From NCBI GenBank assembly GCA_034530875.2, contig JAVRCJ020000002.1:160001-224000 (forward strand): a stretch of 64,000 nt of DNA. Reading direction: 5' to 3'. The notes beneath the pieces were generated by a model, which saw only the letters and a list, made by a program, of their open reading frames with translations, was not told the origin of the DNA and made no database searches. Below, piece after piece: positions 18,881 to 29,247 of the stretch (its first letter is position 1; every line of letters starts with the position of its first letter). Made by a program: the position numbers and the translations under genes. Source of the stretch: Nostoc sp. DedSLP01. GTDB taxonomy: Bacteria > Cyanobacteriota > Cyanobacteriia > Cyanobacteriales > Nostocaceae.

Positions 18881-18993
18881 TGGTGTTGCTGATTGAGAAT
18901 TATGAATTTATGTCACGCAGAGTCGCAGAGTCGCAGAGAGTAAGAGTTGAGAAGAGGTGATTTTTAGATTTCATATTCAAATTCAGCAATGTC
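18881..18993. mobile_element. MITE-like element
   Basis: Ends GGTGTTGCTGA ... TCAGCAATGTC with internal CACGCAGAG/GTCGCAGA repeats; related sequence near 48120-48203. Confidence 0.5.
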
Positions 18994-19016
18994 CTCCTCT
19001 GCTCCTCCGCCTCTTC

Positions 19017-20234
19017 TTAAGCACTTCTTAAGGCAACAATTGGGTCGAGTTTAGCTGCGCGACGTGCGGGAACAACACCAAAGAATAAACCGATACCGCC
19101 TGAAACACCGACTGCTGTGGCAATTGCTACGGTAGAAATTCCGGCGTCTAAAGGGGTTAAGGCTGCTACTAAGAGAATGCCACTAACGCCAACGGCGGTA
19201 CCAACTAAACCGCCGGCGGCAGAAACTATTACTGCTTCAATGATGAACTGTAGCAAAATATCTTGCTCTGTTGCACCGATCGCTTTTCTTAATCCGATTT
19301 CTTGAGTGCGTTCGGTGACGGAGACTAGCATAATATTCATGATGCCAATGCCGCCGACAAACAGCGATATGGCTGCGATCGCTGCTAGCATAATTGTCAA
19401 TGCGCCCGTAATTTGACCAACTGTTTGCAAAGCATCTTTCTGGGTGCGAATCGTAAAGTCGTCTTCATCATTAATTTTGTGTCTTAGACGCAGCAAATTC
19501 GTAATTTGGAACTCTGCTGCATCCACACTATTACCATCACGAGCAGCAGCTACCACGTAATCTAAGGCGATTCCATAAGGAGAATTCTTTCCCACAAGGC
19601 GATTTGCAGAAGTTGTAATCGGGATTAAAGCAGCTTCATCATAATCTGCTCCGACGCTGGAACCTTTGGCTATTAATGTCCCAATTACTTGAAAGCTGGT
19701 ATTGCCAATTCGCAATTGCTGGCCGACAGCGTTACCACTACCAAATAATTTTTCTGCTAAGTCTGCACCTAATACAACAACTTGATTGCTGCGCTTAATG
19801 TCTACTTCGTTAAAAAACCTGCCTTTATCAGTTTCAAAATCCCGCACTGATAAAAAGCTAGGAGTTGTACCAATAATGTTGACATTGGTGTTTCGGTTAC
19901 GGTAAATAATTACTTGTCTTCGATTTAACTCTGGTGCAACTCCTATCACTGTTGGCACTTGAGAAGCGATCGCGTCAGCATCTTGCAATACTAAATTTTT
20001 TGGCACTTCAAAGGAAATCCGCTGAGTTTCTTGATTTCCTGGCAGTACAAATAATACATTTGGCCCTAGCGATTCCAGTTGTTTTTTAACAAATTTTTGC
20101 CCCCCTTCGCCAATACCAATCATGGCAATAACTGAAGCATTACCAATAACTATACCCAACATCGTGAGCGCACTACGCAGTTTATTCGATAGCAGGGTTT
20201 TCCCCGCCATTTGCACGCTTTCTAAAAAATTCAT
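19017..20234 (-). CDS. ABC transporter permease, MacB/FtsX-like
   Basis: RSALTMLGIVIG, GGIGIMNIMLVSVTERTQEIGLRKAIGA, PARRAAKLDPIVALR. Confidence 0.93.
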   Translation of the reverse strand: MNFLESVQMAGKTLLSNKLRSALTMLGIVIGNASVIAMIGIGEGGQKFVKKQLESLGPNVLFVLPGNQETQRISFEVPKNLVLQDADAIASQVPTVIGVAPELNRRQVIIYRNRNTNVNIIGTTPSFLSVRDFETDKGRFFNEVDIKRSNQVVVLGADLAEKLFGSGNAVGQQLRIGNTSFQVIGTLIAKGSSVGADYDEAALIPITTSANRLVGKNSPYGIALDYVVAAARDGNSVDAAEFQITNLLRLRHKINDEDDFTIRTQKDALQTVGQITGALTIMLAAIAAISLFVGGIGIMNIMLVSVTERTQEIGLRKAIGATEQDILLQFIIEAVIVSAAGGLVGTAVGVSGILLVAALTPLDAGISTVAIATAVGVSGGIGLFFGVVPARRAAKLDPIVALRSA

Positions 20235-20272
20235 GTCTTAATAATTACGAATTACGAATTACGAATTACGAA

Positions 20273-21742
20273 TTAAGAATTATCCTTTTCTTTGGCCTTT
20301 TCAATTTTGTAATCTTTCGGTGGGTTAACAAAAATGCGATCGCCTTGTTTAACTCCTCCTAAAATCTGAGTTTGGTCTTTGATTTGCGCTCCTACTGTGA
20401 CTTCACGGAATTGAGGTTTATTATTTTCATCTGGTACGAGTACGCCAGTTCTACCTTTTTCGGTGACGATGGAAACTGTTGGTAATACTAAGGCATTATT
20501 AACGCGATCGCCCAAAAAAGTCAGATCCACATTTAAGCCAGAACGCAGTTTATCTATGCCAGTATCCAGAGCAACTCGCACTTGGAAGGATGTCACACCT
20601 TGTTCTACCACTGCTTCCGGAGCAATCAAGCGCACGTGTCCTTTAAAAACTTGGTCTGGATAAGCATCCGCGACAATTTCCACCTGTTGTCCCGGTTTGA
20701 TTCTACCAAGATCGGCTTCGGGAACTTGAGCTAATATTTCTAAACCCCGCGCTACAGCAACAATTGAACTGGAAGTTGCCGACGCACTGGTAGACGCGGA
20801 AGTTGTGGGTGTCACAAACGCACCAACGTTGGCATACTTTTGCGTCACAATTCCCGAAAAGGGAGCGCGAATAATTGTATCTTCCAGCTGCACTTGCACG
20901 CCTTTCAACTGAGCCTCAGCAGATGCGACAGCTGCTTGACGCTGGGCAATTTCCTCAGAACGGGTACCATCTTCCAAGAGTACTAATGCGGCGCGTGCTT
21001 CATTAACAGCCGCTTGACGTTGGGCGATTTCTTCACTGCGAGAACCACTTTGAACTAAAGACAATCGCTTTTTCGCTTCTTCTAAATTAGCTCTGGCACT
21101 TTTATCTTCACTGAGGGCTTGATCGAATAATTGTTTTTTCTCTGCACCCTGTTGATATAGATATTCGTAACGCTTTACTTGTTCGGCGGTGTAATTCACC
21201 TTTGCCTGAGCTGCATCTACTTGGGCTTGAGCTTGGGCAATTTCTTGGGGACGATTACCTACACGAGCTTGGGTTAACTGGGCTTGGGCTTGGGCTAATC
21301 GCGCCTTAGCTTGGGCTATTTCTTGAGGACGGCTACCAGCAAGGGCTTCGGCTAACTGTGCTTGACTTTGCGCTAAGTTTGCAAGATATTGACTTTTTTG
21401 TGCTTCTATGGCTGCGCTATCCATGCGGGCGAGAATTTGCCCTTTTTGAACGCGATCGCCTTGTTCGACATACAATTGCGACAGCACGCCAGGATTTTTG
21501 GGGCTAATATTCACGCTCTCCACTGGCACGACTTTACCGCTAGCCGTTATCCGCAATGTAACGTTTTGTGCGGCAACTGGGACAGTTAGGCGATCGATGT
21601 CTTCTTTGTTTGTACCTTGATTTATCAGCGTAAAGTTTGCAAATGTACCAACAACTAAGGCTCCCCCTGCCATCAGCCCAATTAGCCAGCGTAATGGATG
21701 CTTTACTTTGCCAATAACTGGAATTTCTATGTACGTAACCAT
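20273..21742 (-). CDS. Efflux periplasmic adaptor subunit (HlyD/MacA-like)
   Basis: N-terminal TM, lipoyl half-motifs (VEQGDRVQKGQ, IRAPFSGIV), long coiled coil. Confidence 0.92.
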   Translation of the reverse strand: MVTYIEIPVIGKVKHPLRWLIGLMAGGALVVGTFANFTLINQGTNKEDIDRLTVPVAAQNVTLRITASGKVVPVESVNISPKNPGVLSQLYVEQGDRVQKGQILARMDSAAIEAQKSQYLANLAQSQAQLAEALAGSRPQEIAQAKARLAQAQAQLTQARVGNRPQEIAQAQAQVDAAQAKVNYTAEQVKRYEYLYQQGAEKKQLFDQALSEDKSARANLEEAKKRLSLVQSGSRSEEIAQRQAAVNEARAALVLLEDGTRSEEIAQRQAAVASAEAQLKGVQVQLEDTIIRAPFSGIVTQKYANVGAFVTPTTSASTSASATSSSIVAVARGLEILAQVPEADLGRIKPGQQVEIVADAYPDQVFKGHVRLIAPEAVVEQGVTSFQVRVALDTGIDKLRSGLNVDLTFLGDRVNNALVLPTVSIVTEKGRTGVLVPDENNKPQFREVTVGAQIKDQTQILGGVKQGDRIFVNPPKDYKIEKAKEKDNS

Positions 21743-22134
21743 ATTATCGAAGCCTGTAAATATTGCTGTGTGAGAGTAGCCTTAGTTAGAGGAAAAGTGC
21801 AGAATACGGAGTTTTGTCAGTTTTGGAATTAAATTTTTATAAACTAGCTAACAACTAGACGCATAATCAGCTTCATAGTTGCTTAATCTTCCTTCATATT
21901 AGGCATCAGTATATCTATATGCCTTCACCTGAATGGGTGACTTGAGCCACTGAAATTGCTCAATGGCATCAAACATCCTACGGTCTTTCTCATTTGCTTG
22001 ACGTACAAAGCAGGGTAGGTAGCACAACTAGCTGTGCTACCCTACAAAATCTAATCATTTAATATCTTCTTTTTTTGTCTTGTTCAGTAAAGACGTAGCA
22101 CTGCTAAGTCTCTACTAAAGAAGACAAAACACGG

Positions 22135-22782
22135 TTAAACACATCCAACTCGCACCGCCCTAGTAGCAGCCTCCGTGCGGTTGGTTGCTCCTAACTTATT
22201 TAGTACCTGACTTACATGATGTCTAATGGTAGAAGGACTCAATTTCATTCGTTGAGCGATCGCTTCATTACTCAATCCTAAAGCCAAGAGTGTTAACACC
22301 TCTGCTTGTCGCCTGCTCAGTTCGTATGCAGGAGGGGATGATGGTTGAGTCGGTTGCACCAACGCCTGAATTACCTCTGCTGCCAAAATAGATCGACCAA
22401 TCGCAGCACAACGTATAGCATCCGCTAACTCATCAATCGAGACGCCCTTGAGTAAATAGCCAATGGCTCCGGCTTGCATTGCTTTCTGTACTAACCCCTT
22501 ATCTAGAAAACTGGTCAAAATTAAAACCTGGATTTCTGGGTATTTTTTGCGGATAACTCTTGTGACTTCCGCCCCATTCATCCCCATCATCATCAAATCC
22601 ATCAGCACTACATCTGGTTGCAAGTTTTCGCAAAGACGTATTGCTTCATCTCCATTACCCGCTTCCCCCACTAACTCAATATCATCAAAGGCCAGCAAGA
22701 GAAATTTAATACCTCCCCGCAAGATTTGATGATCGTCAACAGTTATGACCCGAATTGGTTTGACCAATTTATCTGTTTCCAT
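22135..22782 (-). CDS. NarL/FixJ-family response regulator (REC plus LuxR HTH)
   Basis: VDDHQILRGG, DVVLMDL, GYLLK, LSRRQAEVL..LALGLSN..IA..TIRHHVS. Confidence 0.93.
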   Translation of the reverse strand: METDKLVKPIRVITVDDHQILRGGIKFLLLAFDDIELVGEAGNGDEAIRLCENLQPDVVLMDLMMMGMNGAEVTRVIRKKYPEIQVLILTSFLDKGLVQKAMQAGAIGYLLKGVSIDELADAIRCAAIGRSILAAEVIQALVQPTQPSSPPAYELSRRQAEVLTLLALGLSNEAIAQRMKLSPSTIRHHVSQVLNKLGATNRTEAATRAVRVGCV

Positions 22783-23306
22783 ATTTAAATCCGGGTTGTT
22801 AAAACTATTTTTTTAATAGATTAATATTATTTTCTATTATTCCATCGTTAATTTTTTAGAAAAAAATCTTAATCTTTAATTTGAATTTTTTACCAGCAGA
22901 CAATAAAACTTTGCAAATGCAAATATCAATAATAATCTGTATTTTCCAAATCAGTCAAGGTAAATAAATATAACTATAGGATTCCGATTTGATTGCTGAA
23001 CTATTCGTAGAGGCAGGAGACAGGGTTGGGCTAAAAACGAATAAAAGTGTACCTAGCTTCGTATAAATCAAATATGAGTTTTATGTATTGCAATCAGCTT
23101 TAGTTAAGAAAATTCTTCTGTAAAAGTGGGAATAGAGAATAAGAAACAGTAAACAAAGGCAGAAAAACAAGCTTGTCTAAACTGGAATTAACTATATTAC
23201 GAAAAATAAATATCTCTAAAAACCTTACTATTGAGCAATAAAAAGCAAAAATGTCGATTGTATTTAGTTAAGTTTATTTGTGCCCACTTTAATGACTCAT
23301 TTGCAA

Positions 23307-24677
23307 TTATGAATTTTCTATTCTCAAGATAGAGGTTGACCAACTTAGAGAAATGTCAGTTCCCCTTCCTAAATAGCTTGATAAGTGAAAATTAGCGCCA
23401 ATGGACTCGGCTCGTTCTTTCATAATTGCTATCCCTAAATGACCAGATGGTATCTCTCTAGGGTCAAAACCACAGCCATTATCACTGATAGCCAAGACCA
23501 GCTTTTGTAAATCGTACTCAAGGCTGACTGATACTTGCGTAGCTTGGGCATGTTTAATAATATTATTAAGTGCTTCTTGAGTAATCCGGTAGAAAACGAG
23601 CTTTACCTCACTAGATAAAGAAAAATTACCTTTTACCGTTGTTGTTACTTGTAAACTTGCTCGTCCAGAAATCGCCTTGGCTAACTGCTGTATTAATTCA
23701 CCTAATGATTTCTCTGCCAAACCATCGGGACGCAATTCGATTAGTAAATTTCGCATCTCTGCTAAAGCGCCTTGTGTGAGTTGGGCGAGTTCCTCTAATC
23801 CTTGTTGGGCTATGTCTGGGTGGCGTTTCCAAACTCTAGGTAAAGCTTCGGCAATAGTCGCTACAGTAAACAATGTCTGCGACACTGAATCGTGTAAGTC
23901 ACGAGCGAGGCGATTTCGCTCGACTTCCACGGCTGTTTTGCGTAGCCGTTCGCTTTCTAGCAATTGTTCGCGTAGTTTTACCGCTTGGATTAAATCTTTG
24001 GATAAGCGTAGACTCATAATTACCACGAAGGACATAAATCCAAACTCACCCAGGTATATAAATTTGATCTTTCCCAAATCTACTAGGCGATCGTGTTGAA
24101 CAGTTGCTATTAAAATTGCTAAACTTAGTCCGAGAGTGAGTGCTGCTTGTTTCTCGCCGCGCCGATATTGAAGGTAACAGGCAAAAAAAACGAAAACAGT
24201 ATTACTGAAGAAAGCTAATAATTGGAAAATGAATAGGGGATTGAGCGTAGCTTCTGGGTAAGGAATCGATTCGCCCCAAGGCAAAGAAATACTTGATAGG
24301 TTGCTGATATGAGAGTAGAGAATTCCTGTCAGTGAAATTTGGTTGATTAACAGGCTGATGAAGTACAGGCTATTGATTCCTAAAATTAAACGCACTGGTC
24401 TAATATTGGTATACACAGACACAAACCAAGCTATAGTAATGCCGTAAATATAGCCCAAAGAACTTAGTAATTTTGTGGCATTTATATAATCGTCTACATT
24501 CATGGCTTTATATTCAGCTATAAGAGCCAAAACATAACCAAAAGCTACCAAGCAGCTTAATCCAAAGCATAAGTTTAGTGCGGGTTTTAATCGCCCAGAG
24601 GCAATTAGTAAGTGTAAAAAACCAATATATATGATAATCCCAGCAATTATACTTAGAACGGTTAGAATTAAAGTCAT
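23307..24677 (-). CDS. Membrane sensor histidine kinase, HisKA_3 (NarX/DegS-like)
   Basis: Multiple N-terminal TM segments; ERNRLARDLHDSVSQ, QEALNNIIKHA, DNGCGF and HLGIAIMKERA. Confidence 0.93.
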   Translation of the reverse strand: MTLILTVLSIIAGIIIYIGFLHLLIASGRLKPALNLCFGLSCLVAFGYVLALIAEYKAMNVDDYINATKLLSSLGYIYGITIAWFVSVYTNIRPVRLILGINSLYFISLLINQISLTGILYSHISNLSSISLPWGESIPYPEATLNPLFIFQLLAFFSNTVFVFFACYLQYRRGEKQAALTLGLSLAILIATVQHDRLVDLGKIKFIYLGEFGFMSFVVIMSLRLSKDLIQAVKLREQLLESERLRKTAVEVERNRLARDLHDSVSQTLFTVATIAEALPRVWKRHPDIAQQGLEELAQLTQGALAEMRNLLIELRPDGLAEKSLGELIQQLAKAISGRASLQVTTTVKGNFSLSSEVKLVFYRITQEALNNIIKHAQATQVSVSLEYDLQKLVLAISDNGCGFDPREIPSGHLGIAIMKERAESIGANFHLSSYLGRGTDISLSWSTSILRIENS

Positions 24678-24782
24678 TACTTATTCTCTGAAAATTTCTA
24701 TCTAGCAATAAATAAGTAATATCACTTCAATAGAAACGTCTCGCCTTTTGTATATAGGTTCTCGATTCTTAAATTAGCTAAA

Positions 24783-24950
24783 TGCATCGGCTTGCACCTT
24801 TGTTGCATTGGGTTGCACCTTTGTTGCATTGGGTTGCACCTTTGTTGCATTGGGTTGCACCTTTGTTGCATCGAGTTGCACCTTTGTTGCATCGAGTTGC
24901 ACCTTTGTTGCATTGGGTTGCACCTTTGTTGCATCGGGTTGCACCTTTGT
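24783..24950. repeat. 21-bp tandem repeat array 1 (8 units)
   Basis: Unit TGCATYGRSTTGCACCTTTGT read directly. Confidence 0.95.
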
Positions 24951-24969
24951 TGTATTACAGCAGTTTTTA

Positions 24970-25064
24970 TTAGACATCTCCAAGAAATTAATTCTGCGTT
25001 AACCGAAAACCCAGTAGAGACGTAGCATTGCTAGGTCTCTACATTGTTTTTTGGAGATGTCTAA
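24970..25064. mobile_element. MITE-like element containing a REP-like palindrome
   Basis: TTAGACATCTCCAA ... TTGGAGATGTCTAA ends; internal GTAGAGAC-N-GTCTCTAC hairpin. Confidence 0.65.
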
Positions 25065-25190
25065 GTTATTCTTCTCCCTCCTGGCTCTAAACTTCATACA
25101 AATGAAAACTGCTGTAAATCTTTCACCTTACTGATAGCTTTAGAGTGACAATGGGTACATTAAATACATAACTGATAACAGTATGCTAAT

Positions 25191-25559
25191 ATGGCTACCC
25201 AAAATACAACACGCCGTTTGCGCCCTCAATTAATTAGTGAAGATGTAAGTTCATGGTACGGTTTACAAACCGTCAGTACCTATGAAACTAACCGTGCTGA
25301 TGCCTCTGCTGCCAAATTACAGCAAGCTTATCAAGCTATGTTAGCCCAGCAACAAGCGGAAACCGAAAAACAAACTTTATACCGTGCTGCGGCTGATGCT
25401 GCGCGATTAGCAGAATGGGAATTTCACAATGCCGTATTAGCAATGAAACAAGTTGTGCGCGGACAATATGGATTAGATAGCGATCAAGCTCAAGCAGTAG
25501 GACTGAAGAAAAAATCGGACTATAAGCGTCCTAGTCGCAAAAAGTCAGTCGCATCATGA
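25191..25559 (+). CDS. Hypothetical small alpha-helical protein with basic C-terminal tail
   Basis: 122-aa ORF, Ala/Gln-rich helices, ends GLKKKSDYKRPSRKK. Confidence 0.8.
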   Translation: MATQNTTRRLRPQLISEDVSSWYGLQTVSTYETNRADASAAKLQQAYQAMLAQQQAETEKQTLYRAAADAARLAEWEFHNAVLAMKQVVRGQYGLDSDQAQAVGLKKKSDYKRPSRKKSVAS

Positions 25560-25719
25560 GCTAAGTAAAATTAAGACATTTTAAGTGAGCGATCGCACTT
25601 GATATTACTTGTGCGATCGCTTTCTTGCATAGATGAGAACTCTGCAAAACTCTGTATCACTTGTCATCTGTCATCAAAATTTTAACACTGCTAATAAGTA
25701 TAAGTAACTATTATATAGG

Positions 25720-25784
25720 ACAAAGATCCTAGTCAAAACTTGGATCTTTGTTCGATGCGGTGATTAAGGCAATCGCTATATAAT
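25720..25784 (+). promoter_or_regulatory. Palindromic operator plus -10 module, copy A
   Basis: ACAAAGATCC-N12-GGATCTTTGT (25720-25751), 27 bp, TATAAT (25779-25784). Confidence 0.75.
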
Positions 25785-25827
25785 CCATCTTGCTACAGCA
25801 AAATTTAGGTAATTACCTCACCTGACA

Positions 25828-26367
25828 ATGAATAAAATCTGGTTTGGCAATACTTTATTGTTTAGTTCAGTTTTAGCAAGTACCTTACTTGCTAGTCCTA
25901 ATGTTGCTAGGAGTAACGACTTCACCGTACCCGAAACTCTAGCAAATACAGCACCTTGTCGCCTTAACGTCACTGGTGCTTATCTAACAACAATCTTCAA
26001 CCCAGATAACAGCGTCTCCTCTCGTGGAGTTATTACACTGACCGCAGATGGTAACTTTTTTGTCACTGACTCCAATCAAGGTGGTGTAACCAACGTCTTC
26101 AATCCCTTTAGTAGCGGACAAGGCGCTTGGAAGTGTAATGGCAAAACTGGAGTAAGTGCTAGGTCTATCACCTTTGCTTTTCCTGGAAGTGCAGGAGCCG
26201 GTGGCTTTGGCCGCGCCGACTACCAAGCTACCTTTAATCCCCAAACGCAGACAGTACAAGGGACTATCACACTGCGCTTATTCAACCTCAATGCTAATCC
26301 GTTGTTAAATAATGTCCCGCCTGTAGGAACGTTCAAATTCTCTGGGCAACAAATCAAACCTAATTAA
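25828..26367 (+). CDS. Hypothetical secreted beta-rich protein
   Basis: Signal-peptide-like N-terminus, alternating beta-strand pattern, one Cys pair. Confidence 0.75.
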   Translation: MNKIWFGNTLLFSSVLASTLLASPNVARSNDFTVPETLANTAPCRLNVTGAYLTTIFNPDNSVSSRGVITLTADGNFFVTDSNQGGVTNVFNPFSSGQGAWKCNGKTGVSARSITFAFPGSAGAGGFGRADYQATFNPQTQTVQGTITLRLFNLNANPLLNNVPPVGTFKFSGQQIKPN

Positions 26368-26617
26368 TTTTGAACGAAGAAAGGCACAGAGAGTAGAAGG
26401 TTTAAGGATAAATTATTTCCTTTGCCAAAACGGTATTGAGCCACTTAGATATAGCATTCTCGTTTGGATGCAATACGCTGTAGGGGCGCACATCTGTACG
26501 CCTCTACAAAGGAATATTTTTTCTTTGGAAGTCGCTTGAAAAACACTGAAGCGATGTCTACGACAAGGCTTACGCCTACGCCACTCTCATGATTGACATA
26601 AGCAATAGTTATCTAGT

Positions 26618-26712
26618 CCAAAGATTGAAGTTAAAGCTTGGATCTTTGTCCGATGCGCTCACAGAGGCGTAGACGTGCTGCTTCGGCTTGTCGTCAGACA
26701 TCGCTCTATAGT
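26618..26712 (+). promoter_or_regulatory. Operator-promoter module, copy B (degenerate, with 30-nt SDR insertion)
   Basis: CCAAAGATTG-N12-GGATCTTTGT; HIP1 split by a 30-nt insert; TATAGT at 26707. Confidence 0.6.
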
Positions 26713-26759
26713 CCACTTCACCTCAGCAAACTTAACAAAAAACAACGAAGGTAATAGCT

Positions 26760-28649
26760 ATGACAACTATCAATTTTGACGATTTAGCTCCTAATACAGT
26801 TGTAAGCAATCAGTATTCAGGAGTAACGTTTTCATCTGGTGTAGGAAGTTCTGTTGTAGCATTTAATTATGGTTCTTTCGCACCCTCTCAACCAAACGCA
26901 ATCTTTGCAATAAATCCCTCCACCGGGTTTGATCGAATTTTGAATGTTGATTTTGCTCAACCAGTTAATAATTTATCATTTTCTGTATTTGCGGATAATA
27001 CTGCTGGTCTTAGTGGCAAAATTGATGTTTTTACTACTACAGGATCGCCCATTACAGTTGATCTCATTACTGATGGTCAGCAGTTAACTCCAGATCTTGT
27101 AAATTTATCATCATTTACAAACATCACCCGCATTAGTGTCAACAACACAGGAGATCCTAACGGTATTGCATTTGATAACTTTCAATTCAACTTTGCTCCA
27201 GTTGCCGTTAATGACAGTGGCACCACTAATGAAAACACCGCCTTCAGTGGCAACGTACTAGCCAATGATACTGACCTAGATACAGGTGATATCCTCACTG
27301 TTAGCGCAGTCAACGGTAGTACGGCTAATGTTGGCAATCAAATTACTTTAACTTCTGGTGCGCTACTCACTCTCAACACCGATGGCACATTCGCCTACAA
27401 CCCCAACGGTCAATTTGAATCCTTGGGCGTAGGAGCTAGTGCCAGCGACAGTTTTACTTATACTATTAGCGATGGCAATGGCGGCACTGCTAGTGCCACA
27501 GTTAACCTGACTATCAACGGCGTTAACGATGCGCCAACAGGTTCACCCACAGCGACTTTAAGTAATACCCCAGAAGATATAGCGATTACCATTACTGCGG
27601 CAAACTTATTAGCAGGCTTTACGGATGTCGATGCTAGTGATATCCTTTCCGTTGCCAACTTAACTGCTACTAACGGTGCATTGGTAAATAACAATAATGG
27701 CACTTATACCTTCACCCCAACAGCCAACTTTAACGGTACTGTCACCCTCACCTACAATGTCACCGATGGCACAGCTAGTTTAACCGGACAAACTCGGAGT
27801 TTCTCTGTCACCCCTGTTAACGATGCCCCTGTTGCTGGTGATGACAGTGCTTCCACATTCTTTGGTACTACCGTCAACATCGCAGTTAGCACCCTACTAG
27901 CTAACGATAGCGATGTTGATAGTTCCTCCCTCAGTATCACTGGTGTCAGCGGTGCTACCAACGGTACTGCCGTCCTCAATAATAACGGCACAGCCAACAA
28001 CAGTGCAGATGATTTCGTTTCCTTTACGCCAAATCTTCTGTTTTTTGGTAATGCCAGCTTTAATTACACCCTCAGCGATGGTAGCCTGACTGATACTGGT
28101 ACGGTGACTGTGGCTGTCGGTCTTAACAGTAATGGCACGAATCAACCGGATAACATAATTGGCACCCTTGGTAACGACATCATCAACGGCGGCAATGGCA
28201 ACGATACCATCTACGGCGGCGCGGGTAACGATAGCCTCAACGGTGATAATGGCAACGACATCTTGTATGGCGATGGGCTGATGGATGGCGGCGCGGGTAA
28301 CGATACCCTCAACGGTGGTAATGGTGATGATACCCTATACGGTGGTGGCGGTAGCGATCGCCTCACAGGTGGTAATGGCAACGATCTCCTTTATGGTGGT
28401 GCTGGCAGCGATACCCTCACAGGTAGCAATGGTAACGATATCTTTGCCTTTGCTGCTCTTGAAGGTACTGACACGATTACTGATTTCTCTAAGGGTAGCG
28501 ATCTGATTGGATTGTATGGTGGTTTAAGCTTTGGGCAACTGAGTTTCTCTGGTAACAATATCTTAGTGACTTCCACTAATGAAATTTTGGCGACGCTGAC
28601 TGGTATTAATACTACGACGCTGAGTGCCGCTAATTTTGTAACGCTTTAA
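26760..28649 (+). CDS. Secreted RTX (Ca-binding nonapeptide) protein with cadherin/Ig-like domains (RTX-A)
   Basis: APVAVND/NVLANDTD/FTYTISDG cadherin-like repeats; GGxGxD nonapeptides; T1SS-type C-terminus. Confidence 0.9.
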   Translation: MTTINFDDLAPNTVVSNQYSGVTFSSGVGSSVVAFNYGSFAPSQPNAIFAINPSTGFDRILNVDFAQPVNNLSFSVFADNTAGLSGKIDVFTTTGSPITVDLITDGQQLTPDLVNLSSFTNITRISVNNTGDPNGIAFDNFQFNFAPVAVNDSGTTNENTAFSGNVLANDTDLDTGDILTVSAVNGSTANVGNQITLTSGALLTLNTDGTFAYNPNGQFESLGVGASASDSFTYTISDGNGGTASATVNLTINGVNDAPTGSPTATLSNTPEDIAITITAANLLAGFTDVDASDILSVANLTATNGALVNNNNGTYTFTPTANFNGTVTLTYNVTDGTASLTGQTRSFSVTPVNDAPVAGDDSASTFFGTTVNIAVSTLLANDSDVDSSSLSITGVSGATNGTAVLNNNGTANNSADDFVSFTPNLLFFGNASFNYTLSDGSLTDTGTVTVAVGLNSNGTNQPDNIIGTLGNDIINGGNGNDTIYGGAGNDSLNGDNGNDILYGDGLMDGGAGNDTLNGGNGDDTLYGGGGSDRLTGGNGNDLLYGGAGSDTLTGSNGNDIFAFAALEGTDTITDFSKGSDLIGLYGGLSFGQLSFSGNNILVTSTNEILATLTGINTTTLSAANFVTL

Positions 28650-28825
28650 TCATCTCGATTCATGCAACGTCTTTTAGATGCGTAGGTTAGGCTTACCGTG
28701 GGAGAACCCAACCTAGATAGTGTTTTGAGGTGTTGGGTTTCGTCCCTCAACCTAACCTACATTTGCATCAGATTTTTTGTGAAAGTTTAACTTTGTTGGG
28801 TGGGCAAATGTTTGCTCACCTAACC

Positions 28826-29003
28826 GCACCTTTGTTGCATCGGCTTGCACCTTTGTTGCATCGGCTTGCACCTTTGTTGCGTCGACTTGCACCTTTGTTG
28901 CATCGGCTTGCACCTTTATTGCATCGACTTGCACCTTTGTTGCATCGGCTTGCACCTTTATTGCATCGACTTGCACCTTTGTTGCATCGGCTTGCACCTT
29001 TAT
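28826..29003. repeat. 21-bp tandem repeat array 2 (about 8.5 units)
   Basis: Unit TGCATCGRCTTGCACCTTTRT. Confidence 0.95.
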
Positions 29004-29039
29004 TACATTGCTAATAACTATAACTAATCCTTATATAGG

Positions 29040-29104
29040 ACAAAGATCCTAGTCAAAACTTGGATCTTTGTACGATGCGCTCACAAAAGCGATCGCTCTA
29101 TAAT
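29040..29104 (+). promoter_or_regulatory. Operator-promoter module, copy C
   Basis: ACAAAGATCCTAGTCAAAACTTGGATCTTTGT (29040-29071), 27 bp, TATAAT (29099-29104). Confidence 0.75.
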
Positions 29105-29247
29105 TTCTTTCGCTACAGCAAATTTAGGTAATTACCTAACTAAAAAACGATCGCTCAACTGATGAAGCGATGAATCTTGTGCCTTTTTTCCCAAGTTGCA
29201 CTTTAGTTGCATTGACCTAGAAAGTTAACTTAACTAGAGACAAAACC

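Noticed and set aside
19017..21742. ABC permease and adaptor as the type I exporter for the RTX proteins
   Set aside because: The permease is MacB/FtsX-type, not an HlyB-type ABC exporter; no evidence links it to the island
24783..24950. 21-bp arrays as a CRISPR array
   Set aside because: Units are head-to-tail with no unique spacers, and no cas genes are present in the window
24722..25025. Heptad-repeat ORFs (MQQRCNP / ATKVQPN / LHLCCIG) here and at 28.7-29.0, 34.5-34.8 and 37.4-37.6 kb
   Set aside because: Open in most frames on both strands simply because the 21-mer lacks stops; no consistent RBS or frame across arrays
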